NCBI GenBank assembly: GCA_002104905.1
Contig: MCFE01000211.1
Location: forward strand, 62,001 to 126,000
DNA from: Basidiobolus meristosporus CBS 931.73
Lineage: Eukaryota > Fungi > Basidiobolomycota
Reading direction: 5' to 3'
Length of the DNA: 64,000 nt
A program made the position numbers and the translations under genes. Positions within the stretch are counted from its first letter, which is position 1. Every line of letters starts with the position of its first letter. The notes beneath the pieces are model-generated. The model worked only from the letters and a program-made list of their open reading frames with translations, was not told where the DNA came from and made no database searches. Below, one piece after another: positions 21,800 through 35,589 of this stretch.

Positions 21800-24700
21800 A
21801 AACTAACCTGACTCAGTTTGCACAAGGTGACAAAGATGGCCAGGTGCCAATATAGAAGTATCAGCTGGCTTGCAAGATAATGTTTGTTCAGTAGTAACTG
21901 ATGAATGGTTAAATATGACTTGTGTGGCAAAACACTGGCCATGATCCTTGTAATACTTCCTATGCTGTCTGCATGCTTCATGGCTGAGAGGCTTGCTACA
22001 ACAGCCACGTGGTCTTTTTCCTCTTCTCTTAGAGTACTGAATCAAAGTAGTCTTGTCCATGGGGCAAACAGTTTGACATTCAACAATGTAATGCTATTAT
22101 AACACTTTTTGGTCAATATTCATGTGAATTTAAGACTGTCTTGTATTTGAGACATTGCACCTACATGAATGTAAGATTCAATGATGACCTGCCATAGTAA
22201 GCATTTTAAATAAAGTTGTGGCACTACATACACATGTATATGTATCACTATTTCCCCTTTGGTTTGACTCACTTCCATATATATGCTGCCAAAAAATAAA
22301 GCAATGTTGTCTGGTTCCCAACCAAGCCCCACCACTAATGGCAGCAGAAGAACAGTTGGACAACAGCTTGCTTTGACATTCAGTGCAACAAGCAGGGCTA
22401 CATCCAAAAAAGGCCATGTTGACAGTGTGCCCACTGAAGGTAATAATGAGGACTCCTCAGGCTCTCAGTCAAGTAGGTAATTAAGAACCTCTGCAGAGCT
22501 ACAAGCTGACTGCTATGCTCAGGCAGATGACAATGTAGCAAACACAGTACTCTCAGTTGAAGACCAGCATGTGGCCATCATAACATCACCACCACCCAGA
22601 TTAGCAAGTATGTTGTCAGCTCATACCAGAGTATAAATGAAGCTGTTGGGTGCAGTGGCTGATAGGATAGATGTAATGGCCCAGAGAAATCAGGAAATAG
22701 TTCAGAAGCAGGATAAGCAGATAATACATGTAGAGCAATCAATATCCCAGGTAGAGAAAGCAGTAACTTTGCTGCAAAGAAGGAACTCAAGTAGCTCAAT
22801 GCCACTGGCAAGAATTGAGCCCTTTCCCAATGTGACAGCAGATGAACTCTACAGTCTTTGAAGCACAACAACAGTGTCCACAGATAAAGCCCACAGAGAA
22901 ACCTATCACAGCTTAGGAGGAAGACAATATGGTGTTTATACCAAAGCCTAAAAATCAAAAGACACTGAAGATCTGTGAAGCCATTGAGTGCCACAATGAA
23001 GAGTGGGCTAATATACAAGAGGCTATCAGAAGTCTAGCATGCCATTACCTTAAGGCTGGCATACCCTGTGACCATCAGGAACTCAAGGCCAAGCAGAATG
23101 TGCTTGACTTGCTCCATGAGCGTTATCCTGGATTCAAACAGGCAAACAGATTTTGGGCGGCATTGTTATGTTAAGAAAGTATCTTGAGGATAACAGAAAC
23201 TATCAAAGGCAGAAGAACAAGGGTGTTATGGCTAAAAACCACCGGCTTCCTCAAGAGCCCAATGCAAGCAGGGCCAAAAGCTCTAAACAAGCGTCAAGAG
23301 ATGTCAGGTAGCTGGAAGAGTGCCAATAAAGGACAAGCAGGCAGACACAGATGCACCAGCATAACATTTGTCAAGGAAAAAGCATAGTACCACTCAAGAA
23401 GCACCCAGTTGAAATAGCAGTGAAGGACCTGGCAGTGACAAAAGCCAGTGGGTTTCTCAGGAGCCTGTCACAACTACAGCTGAAAGCTCAAAACCAGCGG
23501 AAAAGATGCTCAGGTTGCAGGAGTGTGCTAGCAAGAGACAAGTAGGCCAAAACAGATGTGCCAAGCAGAATTTATCAAGGAGAGAGAGTAGTTCATTACA
23601 AGAAGCACTCAGACAAAGTAGCAGTGAAAGACCTGGCAGTGTTAAAGGAAAAGGTAAAGGGAAAAATGTCTACCCAAGCCTGAGACAGGGAAGCATGCAA
23701 AAAAAATGCAGTTCTTGCCAATTAATGCCTCAAGCCCAGAACAGACTGAGTCCCATCATAGCCAAAAAGAATTACCAACAAGAAGACAGCTGTTTTCACT
23801 GGAGTTGGAAGCACAGCCAGTTTTGCTACAATCCAGTAGGTAGGTGAGTTTGCAGAAAAAGGCACTTTGTCTACCACAGCCTCCACATCCTTCATTGTTG
23901 ATAGAGTGGAGATTCCACCAACAGACAAGGCTACAATGTCAAGAACTCAAAAGACTATCACAATGCCTTCAGTGGAATTTTGAAACATCAATAGGCACAC
24001 TAAGAGGTAGCAGCACTTCTTCAAGTGGAGTGCTCTAGAATGTGCACTTGAATATTGCAAGAATTTAATGCAAAGACTGGCAGATGAGGTGCTAGACCTT
24101 GCAGTGCTGCCTGAAAACCAGGTTGTGTGGGAACCAGTAAATGTACAGTGGCATAAAGCTGTTGGGTTCCTGCCAAAGTAATGGAAATGGAGCATTACAG
24201 CAGAAATACTTATTAAGTGGTGGATTTTAATGGAGTTACTTGTTGAGTGTGGGGTTGGGCTTAATGTTGGTTCTGGGTATAGGGACTTGTAATGGTCAAC
24301 ACATTTGGCAATTGAGGTACAACTGAAGTTTCAACAGAAATATATCATTTTGTATATTTGAAAAATAAGAAAAACAGTTGAGTCAGGAAGTAAGGGGTGT
24401 GAAAAACAGACAATAGCCAATTAATGTACGCAGCATAGGAGGTGATTGGGTGTCTGGAATCAGAAGCTGAGCAAATTGACAAGGAACCAATCAAAAGCCA
24501 CTTATATAACATTGACATGAAAAATTTTGACTAAGTTTTTTGTGAAATCTGGGGTGCAATCTTTTTCAATGGTCTCTGCATGGTGTCCTGATTGGATCAG
24601 TACCTCTTAGTCATGGGACTCTAAATCTGTGATGGCCTTTTGAGGGGATCATCACAATAATTTCTCATGGGGACTGAAGAAAGGTGTATTTCAAGGTGGG
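21800..24700. mobile_element. Accessory region of the CACTA element upstream of the transposase, with degraded unknown ORF(s) on the plus strand
   Basis: Contiguous with the transposase 5' end. Re-occurs at 27590-29044, 30960-35560 and 59081-62040. Homologous ORF remnants at 22637/22929, 32034 (-) and 59511/59921. Confidence 0.6.
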
Positions 24701-24899
24701 TCTGTTGTCTTTTCACTTTTGTCCCCATTCAGCATCAGAGTATCTTAAAAGATCATGTTCTGAGTTCTTATTAATGTAATTTAAGTAGATCTCAGTGGTT
24801 TCTTTTGAGTATCCAAAAATCTGCTCAACAGCTGCAATATGAATACAGATTGGCCATTAGGATCCCATAATGAGGCTGTTATAATTTAAGAAGCTTGGG

Positions 24900-27600
24900 A
24901 TTCTTAGCCATCTTTGCAATCTTGTAGCAGGATTGCAATGGTGTTCTGCTATGTTTACTGCCAAATAAGGTAAAAATCTTAATTATAATTTGACAGTCTC
25001 CTTGAAGGGCTTGCCCTATAAAGAATAAATTGGTCCTGCAGGTGAATCCAATCAAGTTCAGTGGTGAGGATCCTGCAGTGTGTCTATTATAATGCTGGCA
25101 GCTTGGAATTATTGACCCTCCACACAATCTTGTGACAGGATTGTAATTATGTTTTGCTGATTTACTGTCAAATAAGTAAAAAGCTTGACAGTGTTTAAGC
25201 AGTCTTTTGACAAGAATTGCATGGCATTCCAATGGTCTTAACATGCTCTTCATTTATTTAAGTGGACATAGCCAGCCAATACATCCAATTGCCTTATATG
25301 ACAAAAAACTTGGCAGTTCTCTGATAGCCTCATTGCAAACCTCTGCCAGCATTATAAAAGCAGTCCAGCAGCCTATAGTTTTTTGATATTATTTGCTTAT
25401 CAACCACTACCTTGGGTTTCCTACATATAGTTTGAGTCAAATATAACTGTGGCCTCCTGCTTACTAGCCTCCACAGACACACAAATCTACTGCAGTTGAC
25501 ACACTTTTATCACCTCAGCTCTATGGCTTTTTAGTGTGATACTTGCAAAGTTGTCATGTACATATATAGACATCTACAAAGAGCTTCTTGGTATTTAACA
25601 AATAGATTCCTTCTGCATGCTGGATTCTAGTCCCCCTCATAGGTGCACCCTGGCTCTTGTTTGTGGGAATTCTGTATTGAATGCCATGTGTCTCCATGTG
25701 CACATCTGTCCTCAGTATTTTCCAACTCTTCATAGCTGTCCTCCATGTGCCAACTCATCACATCCATGACAGACTTGACAACAGTATTCTTGATGAGATT
25801 GGGATATAGTGGTACCTGTTACTTGACTTGTCTTCCTATCTCCCCATAAATCTGCTCCATAGGAAACTCCCAAAAGGTGAAGCAAGGCCCAGTATTTTCC
25901 ACACACCAATCTGGATGGAATAGTGAATGGATACAGTAGTGGCAGTGATCTACATGTTCAGCTTTATGCTTGTAGTATAGCTGCTCAAATCCTGTCACAA
26001 ACTCCTTGCATAAAAGCTGTAGATGTATCAAGTTGCCATTGGTGATCCGCTTCTGGATAAATACCCCTATGAAAAATAATTTGGTCCTGCAGGTGGATCC
26101 AATCTGGATGAGCCATCAGGATCCCATTGAGATCATCATAATACCAGCAGCTTGGAATTAGTGACCCTCCTAACAATCTTATGTTGGAATCACAAAAGTG
26201 TTTTGCTAATTTTACAACCAAATAAAGGGATAAAACTTAACAAGATTTAATTGGTGCTGTGACAAAAATTGGATGGAATTGTTGCAGTCTTTTAGCGCTC
26301 TACAACTATTTTAAGTGGATCCAAATGGCTAGGAAGTCCAATTGCCTTATATGGCAAGAAGCTTGACAGTATTTTGCCAGCCTCACAGCAAGACTTTAAT
26401 GGCATTATATTGGCAGTATGACAGCCTACCACTGGCTCTGTATAATGCTACTGTACCAGTTTACCAAATGGTATTTCCTTTTTCTACCGCCCCTTGTGCA
26501 ATTCATATATTCCACTATAGAATCACCCCTGTTTATTTGCTTACCCACTACTACCTTGGGTATTCCACATATAGCTTAAATCAAAAAAAACTATGGCCTC
26601 CTGCTTACTAACCTCTACAAATGCGCACACCTGCCAAAATTGACATACTTCTAGCACCTCAACTTTACAGCTTTTTAGTGTGATACTTGCAAAGTTGCCA
26701 TATACCTTGTACTGCAGGTAACATATACATTCTGCAAACATATGCTTGATTGTCACCACTTCTGCTACAAATACCTCCTCCATATCCACAAAGAACTTCT
26801 TGGTATTTAGCCAATATATTCCTTCTTGTTGCTTGATTTTAGTCCCCCTTATAGGTGTGCTCTGGCTTTTGTTTATGTGAATTCTGTATTGAATGGTGTA
26901 GAAGTTAGCTTGTGGCCATGAGAAATCTGGCATACCTGGGTAGAGTTTTCCTAATAAAAATTAGTTGCTTATTGTGCCCAACCCAAATTTGCATTACTTG
27001 ACTGATTACCCACAGATTAAGACTGCTTAGCGTCTGAATGCTATAGGCATAGGTGTCTCCATGTGCACATTTGTGCTCAGTATTTTCCAACTCTTCCGGG
27101 GTGTCCTCCATGCACCAACTCATCATATTGATGATGGACTTCAAGGTAATATTCTTGAAGAGATTGGGATATGGTAGTACCTGCAACTCAACTCATCTTC
27201 CTATCTCCCCACACATCAACTCCGTAGGAAACTCCCAAAAGGTGAAGCAAAGTCCAATATTCTCCACATGTCATGCAAGATGGAGTAGATAATGGATACA
27301 GTGACAGCAGAGATCTACACCCTCAGCTTTATGTTTGTAGTATAGCCACTCAAATCCTGTCACAAACTCCTCACACAACAGCTATAGATGCGTCAAGTTG
27401 GCATTGATGATCCACTTCTGGATAAATATTCTTACAATGTCCACATACAACTCCCGGTGAATACAATGTACTCTTGGTAAAAGTGGCTCAGAACATCACC
27501 TGAGTAAATACATATCCAGCTCATCCAGTCTGTGCAGTTGTATTGTTGCATATGCATATGAATATTGATTGGAGCCTATGAGAAGTACTTATTCATGCAA
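24900..27600 (-). mobile_element. Further CACTA transposase fragments (C-terminal half, partly duplicated)
   Basis: LLCKEFVTGFEQLYY...IHSLFHP...GPCFTFWEFPMEQIYG at 25819-26031 and again near 27180-27400. Contains the empty site of copia A (~26490-26560). Confidence 0.75.
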
Positions 27601-29044
27601 AAAAACTGCAGTTCTTGCCAACTAATGCCACAAGCCTGGAACAGAGTGAATCCCATCATAGCCAAGAAGAATTACCAACAAGAAAACAGCTGTTTTCACA
27701 TGAGTTGGAAGCACAGCCAGTTGAGCTACACTCCAGTGAGGTAGATGAGTTTGCTGAAAAAGGCAATTTGTCTACTGCAGCCTCCACATCCTTCATTGCT
27801 AACAGAGTGGGGATCCCACTGACAGTCAAGGCTACAATGTCAAGAGCTTGAAAGACCATTACAATGCCTTCAGTGGAATTTTGAAACATCAATAGGCACA
27901 CTAAGAGGATGCAGCACTTCTTCAAGAGCAGTGCTCAAGAAATTGCACTTGAATATTGCAGGGATTTATTGCAAAAACAGGCAGATGAGGTGCTAGACCT
28001 TGCAGTGCCGGCTGAAGACAAGGGCATGTGGAAACCAGTGAATGAACAGTGGCATAAAGCTGTTGGATTCCCACCAAAGTTGTTGAACCAGGGCACTACA
28101 GCAGAAATACATATTGAGTGGTGGATTTTAATGGAGTTACCTGTAGAGTGTGGGGTTGGGCTTAATGTTAGTGTAGGGTATAGGGACTTGTATAGGCTAA
28201 TACAATTGGCAATTGAGGTACAAGTGAAGTTTTGACAGAAATACATCAATTTTTACATATGAAAAGTAAGAGAAACAGTTGAGTCAGGAAGTAAGGAGTG
28301 TGAAGAAGAGGCAATAGCAAATCAATGCACACAAATGTAGGAGGTGACAGAGTGTCTGGGATCCAAAAGTGTGCAAATTGGCAGGGAACCAATCAAAAGC
28401 CACGTAAATATCATTGTGATGGAAAATTTTGACTAAGTTTTTGTGAAATCTAGGGCGCAATTATTTTTCAACAGTCTATGGACAGTGCCCTGATGGGATC
28501 AGTACCTCTTAGTCATAGGACTTTAACTTTGTCACAGCCTTTAGATGGAATTGTTGCAATAATTTTTCATAGGGAAAATGCAGTTGAAAATTGCAAGGAT
28601 TTATTGTAAAGACTGGCAGATGAGGTGCTACATCATGTAGTACTAGCTGAAGACCAGGACATATGGGAACCAGTGAAAGAACAGCGGCATAAAGTTGCAG
28701 GTTTCCTACAAAAATCATGAAAGAAGTGTGTCACAGCAGAAATACTTATTGAATGATAGGTTTTGTGAAGTCACATGTTATGTATGATGTTGGGCTTAAT
28801 GTTGGTGCTGGGTATGGGTGCTTGTATAGGTCATTACAATTGATAATTGAGGTACAACTGAAGTTTCAATGCAAATAAATCAGTTTGTGTGCAACAAAAG
28901 TAAGAGAATTGGTTGTGTCAGGAAGTACGGAGGGTAAGAAAGAGGCAATAGCCAAGCAAGGACACAACACAGGAGGTGATTGAGTGTCTGGGATCAGAAA
29001 GTGAGCATATTGCCTCTGGACCAATCAAAAGCCACATATGTAAT
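27590..29044. repeat. Partial tandem duplicates of the CACTA accessory region
   Basis: 27590-28500 matches 23700-24600; 28550-29040 matches ~24050-24500. Confidence 0.7.
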
Positions 29045-30955
29045 AGACTTGATCTGATGGATAGTGCCCCACAGTGCTTGCCTGTTTATAGTACAGGATC
29101 AATCTGGCACTCTAAAGCACTATCTGGCACTCCAATTTCTACCATATTGCCAGTGGTAGGATACAGCAACTGGTATTTTACTCAGTCATAATTATATTGC
29201 TCAGAACAGTGCTTTTCTTGCTGCATTTAAAGGATTGTGCTGAGATGATTTGATTTGATTTGGCACAATCAGCTTTATTTATCTGATTTTCCATGCACTG
29301 TGATTAAATCTCCATCAATTGCCATGTATAAAATTGAGAAAAGGCCAGCAAAATACCATCATAAAATCAGCTGAATTCCAAGTTTCTCAAAATTGACAAC
29401 TCTCAATATCTCTATTCTGAGCTGATGCGCAGGCAAGCAAACAAGCCTCCATACCAAATTTGGTAATAAGCTGCCCATTACTTTCATTAAAAAATTGCAT
29501 TTGAAATTTGAACCCAAAACACTAGCTCAATAGCAGTAAAATACCATTAGAATGCCTGCAGAATACCTGCTAGAAATCAGATGAGTCCCAAGTTTGAGAT
29601 TTTTCATAGAGATATATATACCAAGACAAGAATTGAAATCAAGAATGAGCTTAGAGTGAGGGGATTTGATGAGGAAGCCAAATGCAAACAAACCTACATG
29701 CAATTTGCACAGTATAGGCTGGACACCTCTGTTTGTGTCTCAGGTTTGGTAACCAAAGAGATTTGAATGAATTTTTGCCTCAAGTCACTAATGTATTACA
29801 TGATATATTAATACAGCCAAGTGCCATCCAAGTGCAATATCCATAGGACTCATCAAGGCAACAGTTCCAAAGTGTTAGACAGAGGGTAAGCTAATACTAT
29901 ACAGAATCAGAAGACAAGCTTCAAGAGGAAGAATAGAAACTGCAAGCAATTGCATCCAGATTGCACCAGTACACCTTGCTGGACACCGTACCATCACCTG
30001 CAATGATGGCGCACCAGTGCACATCAGTCCAATCTGCACCAACATCTTTCACAAGAGCACCCCACATTGAGTCAATGCATGTCAGAACAACATGGATGCT
30101 TCAGAGCAAAACTACCAGAACTTGCCATACTGCTCATTTAGACAGTAGTCCATTGGAGCAAGCCAAGTTGCATCAACATGTAACAGACTCAGCTAAGGGC
30201 CATGCCAACAAGTCAAGTTGTGCCTATGCATGCTGTTTCACCTGACCATTAGCAAGTTACTTCTTGTGAACAGACTGACAATGACCCACATGAAGTGCTT
30301 CCACCACTGGAACCTTTAGCAAGTAAAGGAACACATCAGCACATGGCACTTCAGGTGGGTTCTGTTATATCATCTGGAGCAATTCAGCATGGCCAAGCTC
30401 CAGCATTGCACTCATCAACTACAAGGCAAAATACTAATTACAAGTACACTAGCAGCCAAGATGATAGTCAACAATGAGGTAGTTCAGGTGTTCAAGGTGA
30501 ATTACTACCAAATGCCACAGTAGTAATCCTTGTGAGAGAAAAACCTAGGAGAAGATTATGCAATTGTACTGAATTGTCACCATTTGTCATGAAACAAACA
30601 TCACAGCATTTTGGAATCTAAACTGACCCATTGTAAATCAGTGATCATCAAACTTTTGATAAAAGTAATATTATGGTTGTCTCACATTTGAGACAGAGCC
30701 CCTATAATAAACACCCTGCAAATAGATACATCATCTGCAGTACTTATGCGGCCATTTGATTGAATCTGCACCTGCACAATTGGTTGCATGCCTGCTATGA
30801 CACTTTGTCCAATCACCAAGATCAGGGATTTACTTGCTCAATTGGCAAAATGGGATATATGATGGCAAATTAGGTAGCTTTTGTATTGGTCAATGAGCCA
30901 TTTGGGGGCTAACAGCTTCAGGATACTTTTATACAAATTGGCATCAACATACCAT
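29045..30955. mobile_element. Internally deleted copy of the PHIS element (left TIR present, transposase absent, ORF2 decayed, right end truncated)
   Basis: AAT|AGACTTGATCTGATGGATAGTGCC at 29042-29068; homology to 17433-17610, 18510-18610 and 19140-20510; unrelated sequence at ~29330-29600. Confidence 0.85.
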
Positions 30956-30959
30956 CCCT

Positions 30960-33900
30960 ATACCCAGAACCAACATTTAGCTCAACCTCATACTCAACAA
31001 GTAACTCCATTAAATCTACCGCTCATATTGTTTTTGTTGTAGTACTCTGTTTCCATGACTATAGTGGGAACCCTTCTGCTTAATGTCACTTCTCATTCAC
31101 AGTTTCCCATATGGCATGGTCTTCAGCCTGCACTGCAAGGTCTGACACCTCTTCTGCCAGTCTTTACAACACATCCTTGCAATATTTAAGTGCATCTTCT
31201 TGAGCACCGTTCTTCACAAAGGGCTGCAACCTCTTGGCATGCCTATTGATGTTCAAAAATTCCACTGAAGGCATTGTGACAACCTTTTGAGTTCTTGGTG
31301 TTGTTTCTTTGTCTGTCAGTAGAATCTCCACTCTGTCAATAATGGAGGACATGGAAGCTGTGATAGACAAATTGCTCCTCTCTGCAAACTCATCCACCCC
31401 ACTGGAGTGTAGCAAAACTGGCTGCATTTCTATGTCTTGTGAGTACAATTGTTTTCTAGTAAATAATTCTTATTGGCTATGAAAGGATTAAGTCTGTTTG
31501 GGGCTTACAGACTTCATTGGCAAGAACTGCAGCATTTTTCTTATGCCTCTCTGTCAATGACTTGGGTAGACTCTTTTCCCGTTACCTTTTCCTTGATCAT
31601 TGCCAGGCCTTTCACTGCTATTTTGTCTGAGTGCTTCTAATGTTGAATTATGCTTTCTCCTTGATAAATGCTACTCTGATACTTCTGTGTTAATCCGCTT
31701 GTCCCTTGCTGACAGTCAGTGTGCAACTTGATGATTGTTTCTACTTGTTTTGAGTTCTCAGCCCATGCTATGATGGGTGCCTGTAGTAGTTGCTTTTTTT
31801 ATCACTGCAAAGTCTATGACTGCTACTTTCACTGAGTTCTTCCTGAGTGGGGATACACTCTTTCTGTGACAGATGTTGTTCTGGTGCATCTGTTCTGCCT
31901 GCTTTTCCTATATTGGCTCTCTTCCAGCTACCCAGTATCCCTTTGACTCTTGCTTAGTGCTTTTGACCCTGCTTGTAAAGTGCTCTTAAGGAAGCAGCTA
32001 GTTTTTAGCCATTGCACCCTTGTTCCTCTACCTTTAATAGTTTTTGCTACTCATGAAATACTTTCTTAGCATACCAATGTTGCCCCAAAATCTGTTTGCC
32101 TGTTTGAGTCCAGGGAAATACTCATGGAGCAAGTCAAGCACATTCTGATTTGCCTTGAGTCCCTGATGGTCCCAAGAAATGCTGGCCTTACAGTGTTGGC
32201 TTGCTAGACTTTTAAGGGCCTCTTGAATACCAACCAGCTCTTCATCACTGCACTCAACAGCTTCATGGATATTAGATATCTTTTGATTATTAGGCTCCAG
32301 TATAAACACTACATTTTTTCCTCCAATGCTGTGATAGGCTTTCTAGGGGCTCTATCTTTGGGCACTGATACTGTGTGTATGGTGTTCCACTGCTGCTACA
32401 TTGGGAAATGGCTCAATGCTTGGCCACAACATTCAGCTACTTGAGTTTTTGCATTGCAGAAAAGATACTGCTTTCTCTACCTGGGATATTGATTGCTCTA
32501 CATGTGTTATCTGCTTATTCTGTATCTGACTATTTCCTGATTTCTCCGGGCCATTGCATCTATCCTATCAGTCACTGCATCTAGTTGCCTCATCAATGCT
32601 TTGATATGACCTGACAGCATACTTGCTAATATGGGTGGTGGTGATGTTATTATAGTCACTTGCTGGCCTTCAATTACAGGTACTGCTGTTGCTACATTCT
32701 GATCTGCCTCAGCATTATGGTCAGCTTATGACTCTGCAGTAATTCCAATTGCGTACTTGACTGAGAGCCTGATGAGCTCACATTGATTCCTTCAGTAGGC
32801 ACACTGTCCGCAGGGCTTTTTTTGGTTGTAGCCCTGCTTATTTCACTGAATGTCAAAGCAAGCTATTGTCCAACTGCTCTTGTACTCCTGTCAATGGTGG
32901 GGTTTAGTTGGGAACCAGACAATTTTGTGTTATTTTTTGTGGCATAAGTATGGAGGTAAGTCAAACCAAAGGGGAAATAGTGTTACATATATGTAAGTAT
33001 GTAATGCCACATCTTTATTTATAATGCTTTCTTTAGTGGGTTAACACTGCATCTTAAACTCATGTAGGTGAAATGTCTCAAGGACAGAATTGTGTAAGAT
33101 TCAAATGAGTATTGAGAAAATATAATAAAATAGTGTTGTGTTGTTAAGTGTCCAACTGCTTGCCCCATGGATAAGACTTCAATGATTCAACACTGTGAGA
33201 GAAGTGAAAAAAGACCATGTGGCTATTATGGCAATCCTCTCAGCCATTAAGCATGTTGACTGCATAGGAGGTATTACAAGAATTGTGGCCAATGTTTTCC
33301 CACACAAGTAATAGTTGATCATTCACCAGTGACTACTGTTCCAACAATATCTTGCTGGCCACTTGATTTTGCAATACAACAACTGGATGTACTTGTCACC
33401 CTGCACAAACTGAGTCAGGTGAGTTTGTGATGTCTTTAGGCTTGCCTTACCTTTCTAAATATGGTATGCAGAGTGATAGCTCCAAAGAAGCAGACTCACT
33501 GATGGATTGTGAGCCTATCTTCCCTAACAACAGTACCCTGCATAGGCCTGGCAAAATCCCATAATGCAACAAGACAACACCAGTGGAGTAAATGCCAAAA
33601 ATACCCTATGGAGCCAAGTGAGCCCAGTAGTCAATCTACTAGTGAATAATGTGATGTTGTGGCCAGAGAAGTGGCATGTTCCCACTACTATCAGTGATAG
33701 GGGCATTGAGCATATACTACTACTTCTTGACATAATCATAGTGGGATGCAACTTACCATGCACATGGTGTAAATGGATAACTGTCATGCACCTGACAAAA
33801 TATGTTTACCCTACCACAAATATTGAACAGTTTGCTTTGACACTCTGTAAAGCAAGCAGGGCTACAAGCAAAAAAAGACCTGTGGACAGTGTGTCAACCA

Positions 33901-35560
33901 AAGGTAACAATGTAGACTCCTTAGTCCCTGAGTTAAGTTGACAATTGGAAATCACCTTGGGGTTGCAAGCTGACTATAATGCTGAGGCATATAGGAATGT
34001 AGAAAAAGCAATACCTGCAGCTGAAGACCAGCAAATTGTCATCACAACATTACCACCACTCATATAAGCAAGTATGTAGTCAGCTGATACCAAGCATTAA
34101 TGAGGCAGCTAGTTGCTGTGGCTATTAGGATAGACACAATGGCCCAGAGAAATCAGCAAATAATCCAGAAGCAAGGTCAGCTTATGAAAGGTGCAGAGCA
34201 ATCAGTATCCTAGGTAAAGACAATAACAGAAACAATAGCAGACAAAGAAGGGTGCAATGGCTAAAAACTAGTAGCTTCCTCAGGACCCTGTTCCTAAGTA
34301 GGGTCAAGAGCTCCAAACTGGCATCAGAGGGACACTAGGTAGCTGGAAGATTGCCAATAAAGGAGAAGCAGACAGATACAGATGCACCAGCACAATATTT
34401 ATCAAGGAAAAAGTGTACCTCTACTCAAGAGGCACTGAGTGTAAGTTGCAGGGAAGGACCTAGCAGTTAAAAAACAAGTGGCCACCTCAGAGGCCTGTCA
34501 CAGCATGGGGTAAGAGCTCAAATCAAGCAGAAAAGAAGCATCAGGTTGCCTCCAGAGTGCCAGCAAGGGACAGGCAGGCAGAAACAAATACATCAGAGCG
34601 GCATTTATCAAGGAGAGAGCATAGTTTAATACAAGAAGCACCCAAATAAAGTAGCTGTTTAAGACTTGGTTGTGACAAAGGAAAAGGTCAAGAGAAAGAG
34701 GTTTACTCAAGCCAGAGGCATGGAAGCATGAGAAAAGAGGTGCAGCTCTTGTCAATTAACACTGTAAGCCTTGCAGTGCCAGCTGAAGATCAGGACATTT
34801 GGGACCAGTGAATGAACAGCAGCATAATGTTGTACAACTCCCACCAAAGCCATGGAAACAGAGAGTTACAGAAGAAACTTGTATACAGTGGTGGATTTTA
34901 ATGGAGTGACTTGTTGAGTGTGGGTTAGGGCTTAATGATAGTGTAGGGTCTGGGGACTTGTATAGGCCAGTACAGTTGGCAATTGAGGTACAATTGAAGC
35001 TCCAATGGAAAAGAATCTATTTGTAGGCATGAAAAGTAAGAGAAACAGCTGATTCAGGAGGTAGGAGTGTGAAAATGTGGCAATGGTCAATCAATGCACA
35101 CAAATGTATGAAGCAATAGAGTGTCTGGGAACAGAAAGTGAGAGAATGAGGTTAGAGCCAATCAAAAGACACATCCATATTGCTGTGATGACAAATTGTG
35201 ACCAAGTTTTCTGAGAAATTTGGGGTGAAACTATTTTTTGACAATCTTTGCATGGTGCCCTGATGGGATCAAAACTTCTTAGTCAAGGGACTTGGAATTA
35301 GTGGCAGCCTTTTGACTGGATTATCACGATAACTTTGCACAGGGTAGTGATTTTGCCAAGCTTGTGAAGGGTATTGCTCAGAGAGGATATAAGCTCAGAA
35401 TCCATTGGTGAGCATGCTACTTGAGGGCTATCACTCTGCAAGCTGTATTCATTAGGATGGGGGTAGCCTAAAGGAATTTTAAACTCACCAGAATCAGCTT
35501 GAGCAAGGTTACAGGTACAGCTAGATACCATCATGAAAATATCAAGAGGCCAGCAAGATA
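30960..35560. repeat. CACTA accessory region: reverse-complement copy (~30960-33800) joined to a forward copy (~33810-35300)
   Basis: The ORF remnants at 31164(-), 32034(-) and 33564(+) are homologous to segments of 21400-24150 in the opposite orientation; the forward copy starts at the equivalent of ~22360. Confidence 0.7.
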
Positions 35561-35589
35561 TTGTTAGTACAGTAGTGACTGGTGAATAC

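Larger units (their letters stand above)
10400..21800 (-). pseudogene. CACTA/EnSpm transposase pseudogene split by three insertions (host segments ~10400-10874, 15561-16548, 16900-17432, 20864-21800)
   Basis: CACTA motifs in the correct order on the minus strand: CPNC...GYIPVIPCLQKL, SCWPLILINLDLPP...VSGPKLPSNLDSYLHPLLSE, IGDTPAISKIASFSGHNG, IHSLLHPAWCVENNGPYFTFWEFPVEQMCG. Many stops and frameshifts. Confidence 0.8.
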
